64,000 nucleotides of DNA from Minisyncoccota bacterium (GCA_040905715.1 JBBDRA010000003.1:7075-71074); one strand, 5' to 3'. Numbered from the stretch's first letter, positions 9,228 through 19,762 are shown. Notes: generated by a model not told the origin, from the sequence alone. Numbers and translations are program-made.

Positions 9228-9247
9228 GAAAAGGCGTAGAACAGTCT

Positions 9248-9790
9248 ATGAATACAGACGACCAACAAAGAGCAAAAGAGCAGTTTCTCAAGGTGTACGA
9301 CGAGTACGCGGATGCTATTTTCAAGCATTGTTATTTTCGGGTATCTGATCGGGAACTGGCTAAAGACCTCATGCACGACACGTTCGCTCGTACTTGGAAA
9401 TCTATTACGAAAGGGAACGACATCAAGAATATGAGAGCATTTCTGTACCGTGTTGCACACAATCTTATTGTGGATTCGTATGGAAAGAAAAAAGAAATGT
9501 CGCTTGATCAGCAGCGTGATGAGAATGAGGAAAATACAAATCCGATCTTTGACCCGGCCGATACGGATGCGGTAGAGCGGATCGAGGGAAACGCTGAGCG
9601 TGACCGGGTGCGAGCGGCTGTTGACCAGCTTGACGAAAAATACCGAACTGCTGTTACGATGCGCTTCCTTGACCAGCTGTCACCTACCGAGATCGCCCGT
9701 ATAACCGGAGAGTCAGAGAATGTGATATCCGTTCGTGTTAATCGAGGGCTCGGACAGCTGCGTACACTTTTAGGCATCGAAAAAATATAG
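9248..9790 (+). CDS. ECF sigma-70 factor
   Basis: Region 2 (AKDLMHDTF..W, FLYRVAHN) and region 4 (LSPTEIARITG..VSVRVNRG). Confidence 0.92.
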   Translation: MNTDDQQRAKEQFLKVYDEYADAIFKHCYFRVSDRELAKDLMHDTFARTWKSITKGNDIKNMRAFLYRVAHNLIVDSYGKKKEMSLDQQRDENEENTNPIFDPADTDAVERIEGNAERDRVRAAVDQLDEKYRTAVTMRFLDQLSPTEIARITGESENVISVRVNRGLGQLRTLLGIEKI

Positions 9791-9801
9791 ATTTATTTAT
9801 C

Positions 9802-11412
9802 ATGGATAACCTTATTAAAACAATCAAAGATCTGTTTCAGCGCACGGCGCCGACTCTCTCAAAAGATGAGAAAGAGTCAATTCGAAACATGCTTTCTGAG
9901 ACCATTGATCTGTCTCCTGTAAGTTCCGCTCAAGCGAAGCGTCTTGATGATGTGAGCCGTTCAGCATATAAAACACGAACAGTTCGATCATTATTCGTAG
10001 CCTACATACGACCTATGCCAGCACTAGCAGTAGCTCTTGCGCTGATCCTTACCGGTGGAACATCAGTAGCTGCCCAGCAGTCACTTCCGGGCGACGTCCT
10101 CTACCCGGTTAAGACAAATGTAAACGAAGAGATCGCCGGTTGGTTCTCCGTCTCGGCCGAAGCTGACGCAAAGCGCGCATCAATGCTCGCCGAGCGACGC
10201 TTGCAGGAAGCTGAGCAGGTTGCTGTAATTGATAGTGAATTAAGCACAGAGACCCGATCGGGTATTTCGGTCGCTTTTGCGAAGCAGGTAGAACGATACC
10301 AGCAAGAACTTGAGCAGATCGAGGATGAAGAGACAACGGTTGAAATACGCTCAGGCTTTGAGGCTGCGCTTGAGTCTCACGATCGGGTTTTAGCCCGACT
10401 GGAAAGTACGGGACGAGATGTTGCTCAGCTACGAGCTGATGTTGCATCAGTGATGCCGGTACGGGTCGCGGCGTCACTAGGCGCAGAGGCCGCAACTGAA
10501 AGCACAGAAAACAAAAGCGAAATGAGTACAATGAGTACAATGCGTGCCGAAAGCGACGCTGACCAGGCGGTGAGTGATGGTGTCGACGTTAAAACCAGCT
10601 CTCGAGCCGGTTCAGAGGCCGGCTTTGAGGCTCGGGCACGAGGCAAAATAAAAGCTGCGGCTAACGTTATCGCTTCTGCCGAAAGCACCCTGAAGCGAGT
10701 AAATGGATCAAGGGATGATGTAGAAGCTGAAGCCAAAACCCGACTAAAGGAAGCCCGGGAGCTTTTTCTTGAAGCACGGGGTGGTCTCGATGGCGGTGAA
10801 TATCGAAAAGCCTTTCATGTCGCCGAGTCAGCTCTTCGTGCAGCAAACGATGCGCGAACCTCCTTTGAGTTAACAAAGCTCGGACTGTCGGTCTCTGTTG
10901 GGAATGGATCGTCCGGATCATCTGCGGGACAAGGAGCAGGTGGTGGTGTTGAACAAGATTGGGTAGAAGGATTTATTTTTGCTATCTCTGAGAATAGGAT
11001 TTTAGTGGCCGAGAGCTTGGCTTCGGGAGTAAAGGAGTATACCGGAGAGTTGGGTGAACTTCGTGGCACCGCTGTTTGGTATGCTGTTTCGAGCGATACA
11101 GAAATAACAGATCAGGACGGAAGAGAGATGACTTTTGTGGATCTCGATACCCATGTGGGTGTAGAAGTGTACTCAAGCGGACCAATGGCTGAATCGTATC
11201 CTGCCCAGGGCGGGGCTGACCGGATCGTTGTAACCGATGAACAGTATAAGGTTCAAAGCAATGCTAATTTGCCTGAGGTATCGCCGTATGAGCAAGGGCT
11301 GGAGAGTGAGGCCGGCGTAAATGCGGGCGTTGAGGGCGAATCTTCTGAAGGTAGTGGGGTTGATCTTTCAACTGAGGTTGAGGTAGACGTTCGACTCGAT
11401 ACCTCACTTTAA
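9802..11412 (+). CDS. Putative anti-sigma factor (DUF5667-like) with C-terminal extracellular domain
   Basis: Follows ECF sigma; TM then SLPGDVLYPVK..E...RRLQEA; C-terminal ESYPAQG. Confidence 0.7.
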   Translation: MDNLIKTIKDLFQRTAPTLSKDEKESIRNMLSETIDLSPVSSAQAKRLDDVSRSAYKTRTVRSLFVAYIRPMPALAVALALILTGGTSVAAQQSLPGDVLYPVKTNVNEEIAGWFSVSAEADAKRASMLAERRLQEAEQVAVIDSELSTETRSGISVAFAKQVERYQQELEQIEDEETTVEIRSGFEAALESHDRVLARLESTGRDVAQLRADVASVMPVRVAASLGAEAATESTENKSEMSTMSTMRAESDADQAVSDGVDVKTSSRAGSEAGFEARARGKIKAAANVIASAESTLKRVNGSRDDVEAEAKTRLKEARELFLEARGGLDGGEYRKAFHVAESALRAANDARTSFELTKLGLSVSVGNGSSGSSAGQGAGGGVEQDWVEGFIFAISENRILVAESLASGVKEYTGELGELRGTAVWYAVSSDTEITDQDGREMTFVDLDTHVGVEVYSSGPMAESYPAQGGADRIVVTDEQYKVQSNANLPEVSPYEQGLESEAGVNAGVEGESSEGSGVDLSTEVEVDVRLDTSL

Positions 11413-11485
11413 GATCTCGGCTCTAAGTAGACGGTAAAGAGGCCGAAAATTGTGAGGAACATCTTTTTCCTCTACAATGATACTT

Positions 11486-12376
11486 ATGGTAAAAATTCTA
11501 GACGGAAAAAAAGTTCGCGATGAGCGCAAAGCAAAACTTACAGAGCTGGTCTCGCTATTTAACGATACGCCCACGTTAGTTATTCTTCAGGTGGGAAGTC
11601 GTGCGGACTCAACCGCGTACATCGAGCAGAAGAAAAAATTCGGCGCCGAGATAGGTGTTGCCGTTGAGGTTCGTCAGTTCCCTGAGGATGTGCAGGAAAG
11701 TGATCTGATCGACGCAATAGAAGAAGCAAATAAGGATACGAGCACGCACGGTATTATCGTACAGTTGCCGTTGCCGGACCGTTTAGACACCTCTTCGGTC
11801 ATTGAGGCGATCGAACCGAACAAGGATGTGGACGGTCTGACGGCGGTGAACGTAAAGAAACTGCAGGCGGGAGACGGCTCCGGTTTTACGCCTGCCACAG
11901 CAAAGGGGATCGGCTCACTTCTGGATGCGTACGATATTGATCTTGCTGGTAAGCGGGTAGTAGTAGTTGGCCGGTCAGCGCTTGTGGGTAAGCCAACAGC
12001 TTCTGTAATGCTCGTTCGCGACGCGACAGTGACGATCGCTCACAGCAAAACCACTGACCTTGCTCAGGTTACCCGGCAAGCAGATGTGCTGATCGTGGCG
12101 ACCGGTCGGCCGAAACTGATCGGCGCGGAGCATGTGCGAGAAGGGCAGACGGTAATTGATGTCGGTATTAACCTAAACACCGGGGAAAGTCTGGAAGAAG
12201 AAATAGCTCTTCAGACCGGGTCAGGCAAAAAATTTATTGGTGACGTGGACTTTGAGGCGGTCGAAGGGATCGTGTCCGCGATCTCGCCGGTACCCGGCGG
12301 TGTTGGTCCGATGACCGTGCTTTCATTATTTGAAAATTGCATCAAAGCATATCAAAAGCAGGTCGAGGAAAGATAA
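11486..12376 (+). CDS. folD: Methylenetetrahydrofolate dehydrogenase/cyclohydrolase
   Basis: GIIVQLPLP, KDVDG, GRSALVGKP, IDVGIN, GDVDF, PVPGGVGPMT. Confidence 0.96.
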   Translation: MVKILDGKKVRDERKAKLTELVSLFNDTPTLVILQVGSRADSTAYIEQKKKFGAEIGVAVEVRQFPEDVQESDLIDAIEEANKDTSTHGIIVQLPLPDRLDTSSVIEAIEPNKDVDGLTAVNVKKLQAGDGSGFTPATAKGIGSLLDAYDIDLAGKRVVVVGRSALVGKPTASVMLVRDATVTIAHSKTTDLAQVTRQADVLIVATGRPKLIGAEHVREGQTVIDVGINLNTGESLEEEIALQTGSGKKFIGDVDFEAVEGIVSAISPVPGGVGPMTVLSLFENCIKAYQKQVEER

Positions 12377-12408
12377 GTAATTATTAAAGAGGTAAGAAGT
12401 AACAGAAT

Positions 12409-13230
12409 ATGGAACAGAATACTACGCAAAGTGATTCAATGCTGAAAGAAAAGACAAAGCTATTTAAGATAGGATCAGTCGTGTTATTGGTCCTTGCCTT
12501 TTTCATTGCGATTCAAGCAGTGAATTCGATCCGTGAATTTTGGCATATCGGAAGTGAGATCGAGCCGCAGGCGACGATCAGTGTTTCGGGTGAAGGTGAG
12601 GTGTTTGCAGTACCGGATACAGCTCGGGTTTCGTTCAGTGTGATCGAGACAGCAGAGACAACAGAGGGAGCACAAAGCGCCGCGTCAGAGCGTATCAGTG
12701 AAGTGCTGGCCGCTCTTGCAGATCTTGATATCGATGAAAATGATATCAAGACGCAGAACTATACACTTAATCCACGATACGAATACTCGCGTACTGCGTG
12801 TGAAGCAGGACAGTTGTGTCCGCCGGAAGGCAGGCAGATACTTGTTGGCTACGAGCTTCGCCAAACGATCGAGGTAAAGGTTGAGGATCGGGAGCGAGCA
12901 AGCGATGTGGTTCAGATCCTTGGAGACACTGGAGTTCAACAGATCAGCAATGTTCAGTTGACGATCGATGATGAAGACGCGGTGAATGCAGAGGCGCGTG
13001 CCGAAGCTATCGCTGACGCAAAAGCAAAAGCTCAGGAGCTTGCGAGTGATCTTGGTGTGCGGTTGGTTCGCGTGATTCGCTTTGAGGAATCAGGGCAGCC
13101 ATATCCGTATGCGCGCATGGAATCCGTACAGATGGCTTTTAATGGAGATGACGCTGTCGCTTCGCCACAGTTGCCTGCCGGAGAGAATCGGATAGTCTCA
13201 AATGTGAATATTACGTACGAGATACGGTAA
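12409..13230 (+). CDS. SIMPL (DUF541) domain protein
   Basis: TISVSGEGEVFAVPD, AIADAKAKAQELA, V.ITYEI. Confidence 0.9.
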   Translation: MEQNTTQSDSMLKEKTKLFKIGSVVLLVLAFFIAIQAVNSIREFWHIGSEIEPQATISVSGEGEVFAVPDTARVSFSVIETAETTEGAQSAASERISEVLAALADLDIDENDIKTQNYTLNPRYEYSRTACEAGQLCPPEGRQILVGYELRQTIEVKVEDRERASDVVQILGDTGVQQISNVQLTIDDEDAVNAEARAEAIADAKAKAQELASDLGVRLVRVIRFEESGQPYPYARMESVQMAFNGDDAVASPQLPAGENRIVSNVNITYEIR

Positions 13231-13264
13231 ATTCCGTAGTGGTTTACAGTAGGAGGGAGTTAAG

Positions 13265-13296
13265 AAACACCGCCCCGCAAAATGGGGCGGTGTTTT
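13265..13296 (+). terminator. Intrinsic terminator
   Basis: AAACACCGCCCC-gcaaaat-GGGGCGGTGTTTT. Confidence 0.75.
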
Positions 13297-13421
13297 CTGT
13301 GCCTGAGCTGATATCCGATATCACTCAGGTGTTTTTGGCTACTATTGACACTAAACCCAAAAAGAGTATTATGATATTTAACGACGCCCCGGGAGGGGTT
13401 TTTTATTAGGCAAATCAACTT

Positions 13422-13613
13422 ATGAATTACGTTACTCAATTCATCAATTACGTGAAAGACACACAGGGAGAAATGCTGCACGTCAGCTGGCCAACGCGTC
13501 GCCAGGCGATCATCTATACGGTTATTGTGATCGCTATATCGCTTGCAATCGCTCTGTTCCTTGGCTTTTTTGACTGGATATTCTCAGTGGGATTAAACAC
13601 GTTTGTACTGTAA
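13422..13613 (+). CDS. secE: Preprotein translocase SecE
   Basis: EMLHVSWPT plus single TM; precedes nusG. Confidence 0.92.
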   Translation: MNYVTQFINYVKDTQGEMLHVSWPTRRQAIIYTVIVIAISLAIALFLGFFDWIFSVGLNTFVL

Positions 13614-13635
13614 CGAGTCACCTTCATTCTTTATT

Positions 13636-14187
13636 ATGGTTCAACAGAAACAACAAGTTAATCAGGGACGCAACTGGTATGTCGTGCACACGTACGCCGG
13701 TTACGAGGATGCTGTGCGCCGAAACCTTAAGCAACGCATCGAGTCGCTTGGTATGACCGATCGGATCTTTGATGTGGTCGTGCCGACTGAAAAGAAGATC
13801 AAGATCAAGGGAGGCAAGCGTATTGAAGAAGAAGAAAAGATCTATCCCGGCTATATCCTCGTGAACATGATCGTGACTGATGAGTCGTGGTATGTGGTAC
13901 GAAACACTCCTCGCGTGACCGGATTTGTTGGGGCCGGTGTGTTTCCGGTTCCGGTTGATCAGGCAGAGATCGATGGCCTTTTTGCTCGTATGAATGCTGA
14001 CACAAGCTCTCACGAGATCGACTTGAGTGTCGGTGAGCTGGTATCGATCGTGGACGGTCCGTTCAAAGAGCTTGAAGGGAAGGTAAGCGAGGTGGATCAC
14101 GAGCGAGGCAAGGTGAAAGTGCTTGTCTCGATGTTCGGTCGCGAGACGCCGGTTGAACTTGATTTCTTGCAGGTGAAGAAAACCTAA
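13636..14187 (+). CDS. nusG: Transcription factor NusG
   Basis: [27 protein letters not shown] motif, FGRETPVEL. Confidence 0.97.
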   Translation: MVQQKQQVNQGRNWYVVHTYAGYEDAVRRNLKQRIESLGMTDRIFDVVVPTEKKIKIKGGKRIEEEEKIYPGYILVNMIVTDESWYVVRNTPRVTGFVGAGVFPVPVDQAEIDGLFARMNADTSSHEIDLSVGELVSIVDGPFKELEGKVSEVDHERGKVKVLVSMFGRETPVELDFLQVKKT

Positions 14188-14241
14188 TCGATTGACTAAT
14201 CCACTTTAATTCTATAAGCTACAACGTACTAAGCTAATTGT

Positions 14242-14664
14242 ATGGCAAAAGAAGTCCAGAAAAAACTAAAACTCCAGGTTCCTGCCGCAAAGGCAACGCC
14301 TGCACCTCCGATCGGACCGGCTCTCGGTCAGGCCGGTATTAATATTGGTGAATTCGTTACTCGATTTAACGAAGGAACTGCTCAGATGGCCGGTGATATC
14401 ATTCCGGTTGAGGTTCTCGTGTACGAAGATAAGAGTTTTGACCTCGTCTACAAGACTCCGCCGGCTTCCCGTCTTATTCTAAAGGCTATCGGCAAGGATA
14501 AAGGAGCTGCAAATCCGCTTACTACAAAAGTCGGAACCATCACTAAGGCTCAGATCAAAGAGATCGCCGAGCGAAAAATGGCCGACTTGAACGCTCACGA
14601 TCTTGATCAGGCTTCCAAGATCATCGCGGGAACCGCTCGCTCAATGGGTGTTGAAGTAAAATAA
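14242..14664 (+). CDS. rplK: 50S ribosomal protein L11
   Basis: [26 protein letters not shown]. Confidence 0.98.
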   Translation: MAKEVQKKLKLQVPAAKATPAPPIGPALGQAGINIGEFVTRFNEGTAQMAGDIIPVEVLVYEDKSFDLVYKTPPASRLILKAIGKDKGAANPLTTKVGTITKAQIKEIAERKMADLNAHDLDQASKIIAGTARSMGVEVK

Positions 14665-14687
14665 AAGCCGGTTAGAGCGTTTAATGA

Positions 14688-14728
14688 TACTAAACCCGTC
14701 ACGTACAAGTGACGGGTTTAGTGTTTTA
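14688..14728 (+). terminator. Intrinsic terminator directly after rplK
   Basis: ACTAAACCCGTCAC-gtacaa-GTGACGGGTTTAGT followed by T-run. Confidence 0.8.
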
Positions 14729-14818
14729 TTATGTTGCCGGCTATTGCTATACCTGGTAAACTCGTTTTGGTTTGTACACTGTGCTCGAAACGAAAGACAA
14801 ATAAAAAAGGAGACTCTG

Positions 14819-15571
14819 ATGAAAGAGAATACACGATCGCGTACAACTCGTATTGCTGAGGTTCTTCAGTTCGTGTCGGTGTCCTATCCGGTGTTTGCCA
14901 TGAGCGTGATCCTCTACGGGGTACTGCGGTTGACGGGCAGGATCCGGATCCGGTATCCCGAGCGATGGCCTCGAGGAAAAGGGAGGGTGATCATTGCTCC
15001 TAACCATCCTTCGCTCTGGGAGCCGATGCTGCTCATGCTTCTGTTTCCTTGGGAGGGGTTGCGCCATCCGCGTACTCGCATTCCTTGGAGTACTCCGGAT
15101 AAAGGGAATTATGATCGGTGGTACTGGGCTCTGTTTCGACAACGGTTTATTTTCGTGCCGAGAGGTAAGCGGAAAGGCGAGCTGAAAGCTCTTAGTGCGA
15201 TCATTCAGAAGCTCAAAGTGGGCGCACGCGTTATTATGTTCGGCGAAGGAGGTCGCACAGCCCGAGGGGCTACATTTTGTTGGTCTCAAAACAAGGCAGG
15301 GCGAGTTCGTACTTTACAACACGGCTTGTCGCGTGCCGCCTGTGACTCCGGCGCAACGATTGTGCCTATCTGGATCTCTGGGGCAGAAAAGGTGCTTCCG
15401 GTCGGGTGCGGTGTGCCGCGTATGTGGCGGTGCGTCACAATAACTATCGGAGAACCGTATACGGTCGAGCGCGTCTCTTCTAAAGATCCCCAACGTAAAG
15501 ATCGAGTAGTTGCCGAGACAGAAAAGCTTACGACAGCGCTTCTTGAGTTGGCTGACGAGCAGGACGAGTAA
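14819..15571 (+). CDS. Lysophospholipid acyltransferase (PlsC-like)
   Basis: PNHPSLWE (HX4D/E), FGEGGR, IVPIWI; AAGGAG SD. Confidence 0.82.
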   Translation: MKENTRSRTTRIAEVLQFVSVSYPVFAMSVILYGVLRLTGRIRIRYPERWPRGKGRVIIAPNHPSLWEPMLLMLLFPWEGLRHPRTRIPWSTPDKGNYDRWYWALFRQRFIFVPRGKRKGELKALSAIIQKLKVGARVIMFGEGGRTARGATFCWSQNKAGRVRTLQHGLSRAACDSGATIVPIWISGAEKVLPVGCGVPRMWRCVTITIGEPYTVERVSSKDPQRKDRVVAETEKLTTALLELADEQDE

Positions 15572-15686
15572 AGGGTGCACCACGAGCGTGCACCCTTTTT
15601 TTCTTTTCTTTTCATACCGTGTTCTTTGTACGGTTTTAAAAATGCCGTCCGGGGATACCGGACGGCGGGTTTGGTTTAGAGTTAGT

Positions 15687-15941
15687 TTAAATGACGTGTG
15701 CTTCCACGGAAAGTCGCAAGATCTCTGCATCTTGGCGAGATTCTTCCCGGAGCACTTCATCTCCGGCGTCGATCAGCTCATCGAGATTGTCGACCGGCAG
15801 ATTACCGCCGTTCTCCCTCTTTCTTAATTCTGTTTCCGAGACACAGTCGCCATCATTTCGCTCGACTTCTCGGATGAGTCTTTGGCGTAGAACGCGGCGT
15901 TGCCGTCGGCGCGCTCGAACCTTCATTTCTCGAACTGTCAT
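15687..15941 (-). CDS. Hypothetical protein
   Basis: GAGGAGG SD before ATG 15941; hairpin downstream at ~15645-15667. Confidence 0.6.
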   Translation of the reverse strand: MTVREMKVRARRRQRRVLRQRLIREVERNDGDCVSETELRKRENGGNLPVDNLDELIDAGDEVLREESRQDAEILRLSVEAHVI

Positions 15942-16097
15942 AGCGAACCTCCTCAAAAGGACGTGATATCAGAACTAATGTGAATAGTACCTATTTTTGC
16001 AAACGCGTCAACAATATCATGGCCACATTTTTTCAGGGTGTGGTATAACTGTATGGGATGTGGTTTATCGTAGAACGATCAAAAAAGGAGGTTCCTC

Positions 16098-16529
16098 GTG
16101 TCAAAACTAAAATTGTACGTTGGATGTTCTCTTACTCACGCACCGCAAGCGTACCGAGATCTGGTTGATTCAATGAAGCAGGATCTTGAGCAACAATTTG
16201 AAGTGCTCGGTTTTCTTGGTCTCACGCAAGGTTCGCCGGTAGATGTGTATCGTTGGGATATCGAGGGGTGCGTGGCCTCCGCCGATCTGTTTGTTGCAAT
16301 GTGCGATTACCCGTCAACCGGGTTAGGTCTTGAGATCGGCGCGGCGCTCTGGCGGTACGATGTTCCGACACTAGGGCTTGCCTCTGTTGAGAGCAAAGTT
16401 ACACGGATCATTCTTGGGGTTGGCGAAGAGGCAGATCAAGAGTTGTTCACCTTCCAGAGGTACAACGACCATCGGCATGCGGTGGAACTGGTGTTGCGTT
16501 TTGCCGACTCGCGCACTCAGTCCACATGA
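16098..16529 (+). CDS. Nucleoside 2-deoxyribosyltransferase / nucleotide N-hydrolase-like protein
   Basis: LYVGCS, D..CVASADLFVA, PSTGLGLEIG motif; AAGGAGG SD with GTG start. Confidence 0.75.
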   Translation: MSKLKLYVGCSLTHAPQAYRDLVDSMKQDLEQQFEVLGFLGLTQGSPVDVYRWDIEGCVASADLFVAMCDYPSTGLGLEIGAALWRYDVPTLGLASVESKVTRIILGVGEEADQELFTFQRYNDHRHAVELVLRFADSRTQST

Positions 16530-16609
16530 TGAAAATACTGTATACAGGTACCCCGTCACCATCCGTGGCGGGGTATTTCTTTGTCATCAGCGATTCTTTT
16601 CGGTAGTAT

Positions 16610-17734
16610 ATGAATACTATGACCTCACACAAGAAAGGAGCGATCGCGTCGCAGACGATCGCAGAGTTGATACAGAGCGGGTTTATTATGGGTGCAACAG
16701 AAGATAATGTTCGTCCGGCGTCGCTCGATCTTTCTATCTCGGATGAGGTGTATTCAGTTGGAGGTGTGTTTCAGCCACGTCCGGGAGAAACAGTTCGAGA
16801 AGTACTGGAACTTATAGATAAAAAGAAGCACGACCTCAAAAGTCCACTCCAGCGCGAGCAGATGTATATCGCCCGTCTGAACGAAACGCTTGAACTCCCC
16901 GAGACTGTATATGCGTTCTGCAATCCTAAATCAACAACCGGTCGTCTCGATATCCATGTTCGCCTCATTGCCGATGGTGTGCCGCGGTACGATTCAGTAA
17001 CTCCCGGTGGCTGGAAAGGGGAGCTGTGGGTATCGATCGTTCCCAAAACATTTCCGATCAAAGTAGCACCGGGTCAGTCGCTGAACCAGCTTCGGTTTTT
17101 TAATGCTGATACGCGACTTGACCAGCTCGAGCTTGAAATGGCCATGAAGCGGGACAAGCTTCTGTGGAATCCGGAAAATAAAAAGCCGTATCTATATGAG
17201 GAGCTTTTGGTACGTGATAACGATGACTCTCTTATCCTCTCACTCGACGGTATGAATGACCTGATCGGCTACCGCGGTAGGATCGGCGACACACCGATCG
17301 ATCTTGCGAAGATCGGCGGATACGACCCAAAGGATTTCTTTGAACCGGTTAAAAAGGACAACGGCTATATTTATTTAAAGCAGAATGAGTTCTACATTCT
17401 CTCAACCAGAGAGGCGGTGAAGGTGCCGCCTACCTTGGCTTGCGAGATGGCGCCGATGGACGAGCGGAGCGGGGAATTCCGTTCTCATTATGCCGGATTT
17501 ATCGATCCGGGCTGGGGGTATGGAAAAGAGGGTGAGGGTAATGGCCGACCGCTGACGCTTGAGGTGCGACCATTTGAAGACTTGGTTGCCCGTGACGGTC
17601 AACCAATTGCTAAGATCCGTTTTGAGCGCGTGACCGAAACGCCTGACCAGAACTACGACCAGCTCGACTCAAACTATTCAGTTCAATCCGGTCCACGGCT
17701 CGCGAAGCAGTTTAAAGCACCTAAAAACAAGTAA
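16610..17734 (+). CDS. dcd: dCTP deaminase (long, duplicated-domain type)
   Basis: PASLDL, NPKSTTGRLD, HYAGFIDPGWG, LTLEVR. Confidence 0.9.
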   Translation: MNTMTSHKKGAIASQTIAELIQSGFIMGATEDNVRPASLDLSISDEVYSVGGVFQPRPGETVREVLELIDKKKHDLKSPLQREQMYIARLNETLELPETVYAFCNPKSTTGRLDIHVRLIADGVPRYDSVTPGGWKGELWVSIVPKTFPIKVAPGQSLNQLRFFNADTRLDQLELEMAMKRDKLLWNPENKKPYLYEELLVRDNDDSLILSLDGMNDLIGYRGRIGDTPIDLAKIGGYDPKDFFEPVKKDNGYIYLKQNEFYILSTREAVKVPPTLACEMAPMDERSGEFRSHYAGFIDPGWGYGKEGEGNGRPLTLEVRPFEDLVARDGQPIAKIRFERVTETPDQNYDQLDSNYSVQSGPRLAKQFKAPKNK

Positions 17735-17946
17735 AAGAGACGGTTTAGAAGAGGGTGAGATGGGGTGTAAAAAACCGCCACGCTGAAAGCGTTGCGGTGT
17801 TGGATCTCATCCTGTTGTTGTACGGGTTCCGGAACTTCCTTGTCCGATGGCGACCTGGTCGGTTCAATGATCGGTCGATCATCAGGTCGGCTGTGAACAC
17901 AGCCAACCGTTATCGAGACCAGAAGAACAGCAAGAACGCATTTCAT
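17683..17946 (-). CDS. Possible small lipoprotein
   Basis: MKCVLAVLLVSITVGC lipobox-like N-terminus; overlaps the dcd 3' end. Confidence 0.4.
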   Translation of the reverse strand: MKCVLAVLLVSITVGCVHSRPDDRPIIEPTRSPSDKEVPEPVQQQDEIQHRNAFSVAVFYTPSHPLLNRLFYLFLGALNCFASRGPD

Positions 17947-18004
17947 AGAGCACCCTTTCCAGTGTAAATAGTAGTACAAAGCTGTTAGTACTATATATAA
18001 TTAT

Positions 18005-18517
18005 TTACCCCCTGTCAAGGGTAACCCACGCATAGCGAAGCCCGTCTTCCGTCGAGTGTTCTTCGCGATGTGCCTCTCGTGAAAATTCCTGTTCGTATTT
18101 AGGAAACCAGGTGTCACCTTCCTTGCTGGAATCGACCAGCGTTAGATATAAACGGTTGATGAATGGAAGTGCTTGCTCATAGATCTGCTGTCCGCCGATC
18201 ACAAATATTTCATCACTATCGAGTACGGAAGCTTGTTCAAGCGCGCCCTCAATCGAGTCAGCGATCTGAGCTCCTTGTGTATCGTAATCATTCCGGCGGG
18301 TAACAACAATGTTCGTGCGACCGGGAAGTGGTTTGCCAAGGATCGAGAGAATGGATTCAAACGTTTTTCGCCCCATTATCACCGGATGACCGCGAGTGAT
18401 CTCTTTAAAACGTTTTAGATCCTCAGGTATATGCCAAAGGAGTTGGTTGTCCTTGCCGATCACTCGCGTTCTTTCGCCGACTGCGGCGATCGCACTGATT
18501 CGTGGGTGTTTCTTCAT
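18005..18517 (-). CDS. folA: Dihydrofolate reductase
   Basis: IGKDNQLLWHIPEDLKRFK, IMGRKTFES, LPGR, IGGQQIY, GDTWFP. Confidence 0.97.
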   Translation of the reverse strand: MKKHPRISAIAAVGERTRVIGKDNQLLWHIPEDLKRFKEITRGHPVIMGRKTFESILSILGKPLPGRTNIVVTRRNDYDTQGAQIADSIEGALEQASVLDSDEIFVIGGQQIYEQALPFINRLYLTLVDSSKEGDTWFPKYEQEFSREAHREEHSTEDGLRYAWVTLDRG

Positions 18518-18541
18518 ACGTTTTTTGATCTCTGGAACTAG

Positions 18542-19393
18542 CTAGACCGCCATTTTTGCTTTGATCTGGTCGTGGTGTTCGTAGTTCTCAAGTTTTATGT
18601 CGTTCATTGTGAAGCTGTCGATATCTTTTACTTCCGGGTTGAGCCACAGTGTTGGAAGCGGTAGAGGTTTGCGAGACAACTGTTCCTTAACTGCATCAAA
18701 GTGATCGTGGTAGACGTGCGCGTCGTTCAGCGTAAGGATACATTCGTCGGGTTCGAGGTCGGTTACTTGTGCAACCATCGACAGGAGAAGAGCGTAAGAG
18801 GCGATGTTGAACGGCACACCGAGGAACATGTCGCAGCTACGTTGAGTCATGTGAAGACTTATTTTGCCGTTTGCAACGAAAAACTGGAACATCATGTGAC
18901 AGGGCGGAAGCGCCATGAGATCGAGCTCGCCCGGGTTCCAGGCCGAGACGATCAGCCGTCGGTCACCAGGTTTATTCTTGATCTTATCTATTACTTCCGC
19001 AAGCTGATCGATCTCTTTTACTTCGTTTCGTCCACGGTCCGGATAGGCGGGAGAGCGCCAGTTACGCCATTGAACACCGTAGATTCGACCACAGTCTCCG
19101 TCGAAAAGTGCGTGGGGCTTCCAGTAGTCAGAATACGCATTGTCGGTCCAGATGGTCCAGTCCTTACCCATGATCTCGCGAAGTCGGTTTTCGTCTCCGC
19201 TACCTTCAATGAACCACAGCAATTCGCCGGTCATCATTTTGAAGGCAAGTTTTTTTGTTGTGACCGCCGGAAAACCTTCGCTCATTTTGAACCGAAGCTG
19301 TTTTGCAAACAGTGCACGAGTGGAACCATTTCGACCTTCACGGTCAACGCCGGTATCCATGATCTCCTGGAGAAGTGATAGATATGCTTTCAT
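18542..19393 (-). CDS. thyA: Thymidylate synthase
   Basis: ELLWF, YGVQWR, RRLIVSAWNP, ALPPCH, QRSCD, PFNIASY. Confidence 0.98.
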   Translation of the reverse strand: MKAYLSLLQEIMDTGVDREGRNGSTRALFAKQLRFKMSEGFPAVTTKKLAFKMMTGELLWFIEGSGDENRLREIMGKDWTIWTDNAYSDYWKPHALFDGDCGRIYGVQWRNWRSPAYPDRGRNEVKEIDQLAEVIDKIKNKPGDRRLIVSAWNPGELDLMALPPCHMMFQFFVANGKISLHMTQRSCDMFLGVPFNIASYALLLSMVAQVTDLEPDECILTLNDAHVYHDHFDAVKEQLSRKPLPLPTLWLNPEVKDIDSFTMNDIKLENYEHHDQIKAKMAV

Positions 19394-19486
19394 GATGAAT
19401 ATTTACATGTATAACGTTGTATCTATAGTAACAAAAAAATCAGCGTCTCGCTGATTCCGGTCTTTTCTTCTGATTACGTTTCCAGG

Positions 19487-19762
19487 TTATTCCTTGGGCT
19501 GTAGTTCACGTAAAAGCTGGTCTTCCTCCTCAAGAAGTTGATCGAGGGAAGGGGCGTCATCTGTGCCGATCAAGTAGTCACGCTTTTTATTAATGACGGT
19601 ATTGAGACGATTGAGAAAATCAGTCATTTTCTCGCCCTGCCCAATAAGCCGAGCGCGCTCTTGATGGGACAGACCTCGTTCAACAACTTCTGCAAGTTGT
19701 TCTTTTTCTTCGCCGGAGATATCAAGTTCCGCGATGGATGTAGTTAGGGAATCATCTAGCAT
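19487..19762 (-). CDS. Hypothetical protein (possible fragment)
   Basis: 91-aa ORF, in frame with upstream ORF 19838..20002. Confidence 0.5.
   Translation of the reverse strand: MLDDSLTTSIAELDISGEEKEQLAEVVERGLSHQERARLIGQGEKMTDFLNRLNTVINKKRDYLIGTDDAPSLDQLLEEEDQLLRELQPKE

Noticed and set aside
13300-13421. tRNA-Trp expected upstream of secE
   Set aside because: No cloverleaf or TTCGA T-loop; only a promoter and a short hairpin. No tRNA was recognised anywhere in the window
18701-19378. Long antisense ORFs such as 18701..19378, 4793..5506 and 29963..30583
   Set aside because: Shadows of well-supported genes on the opposite strand
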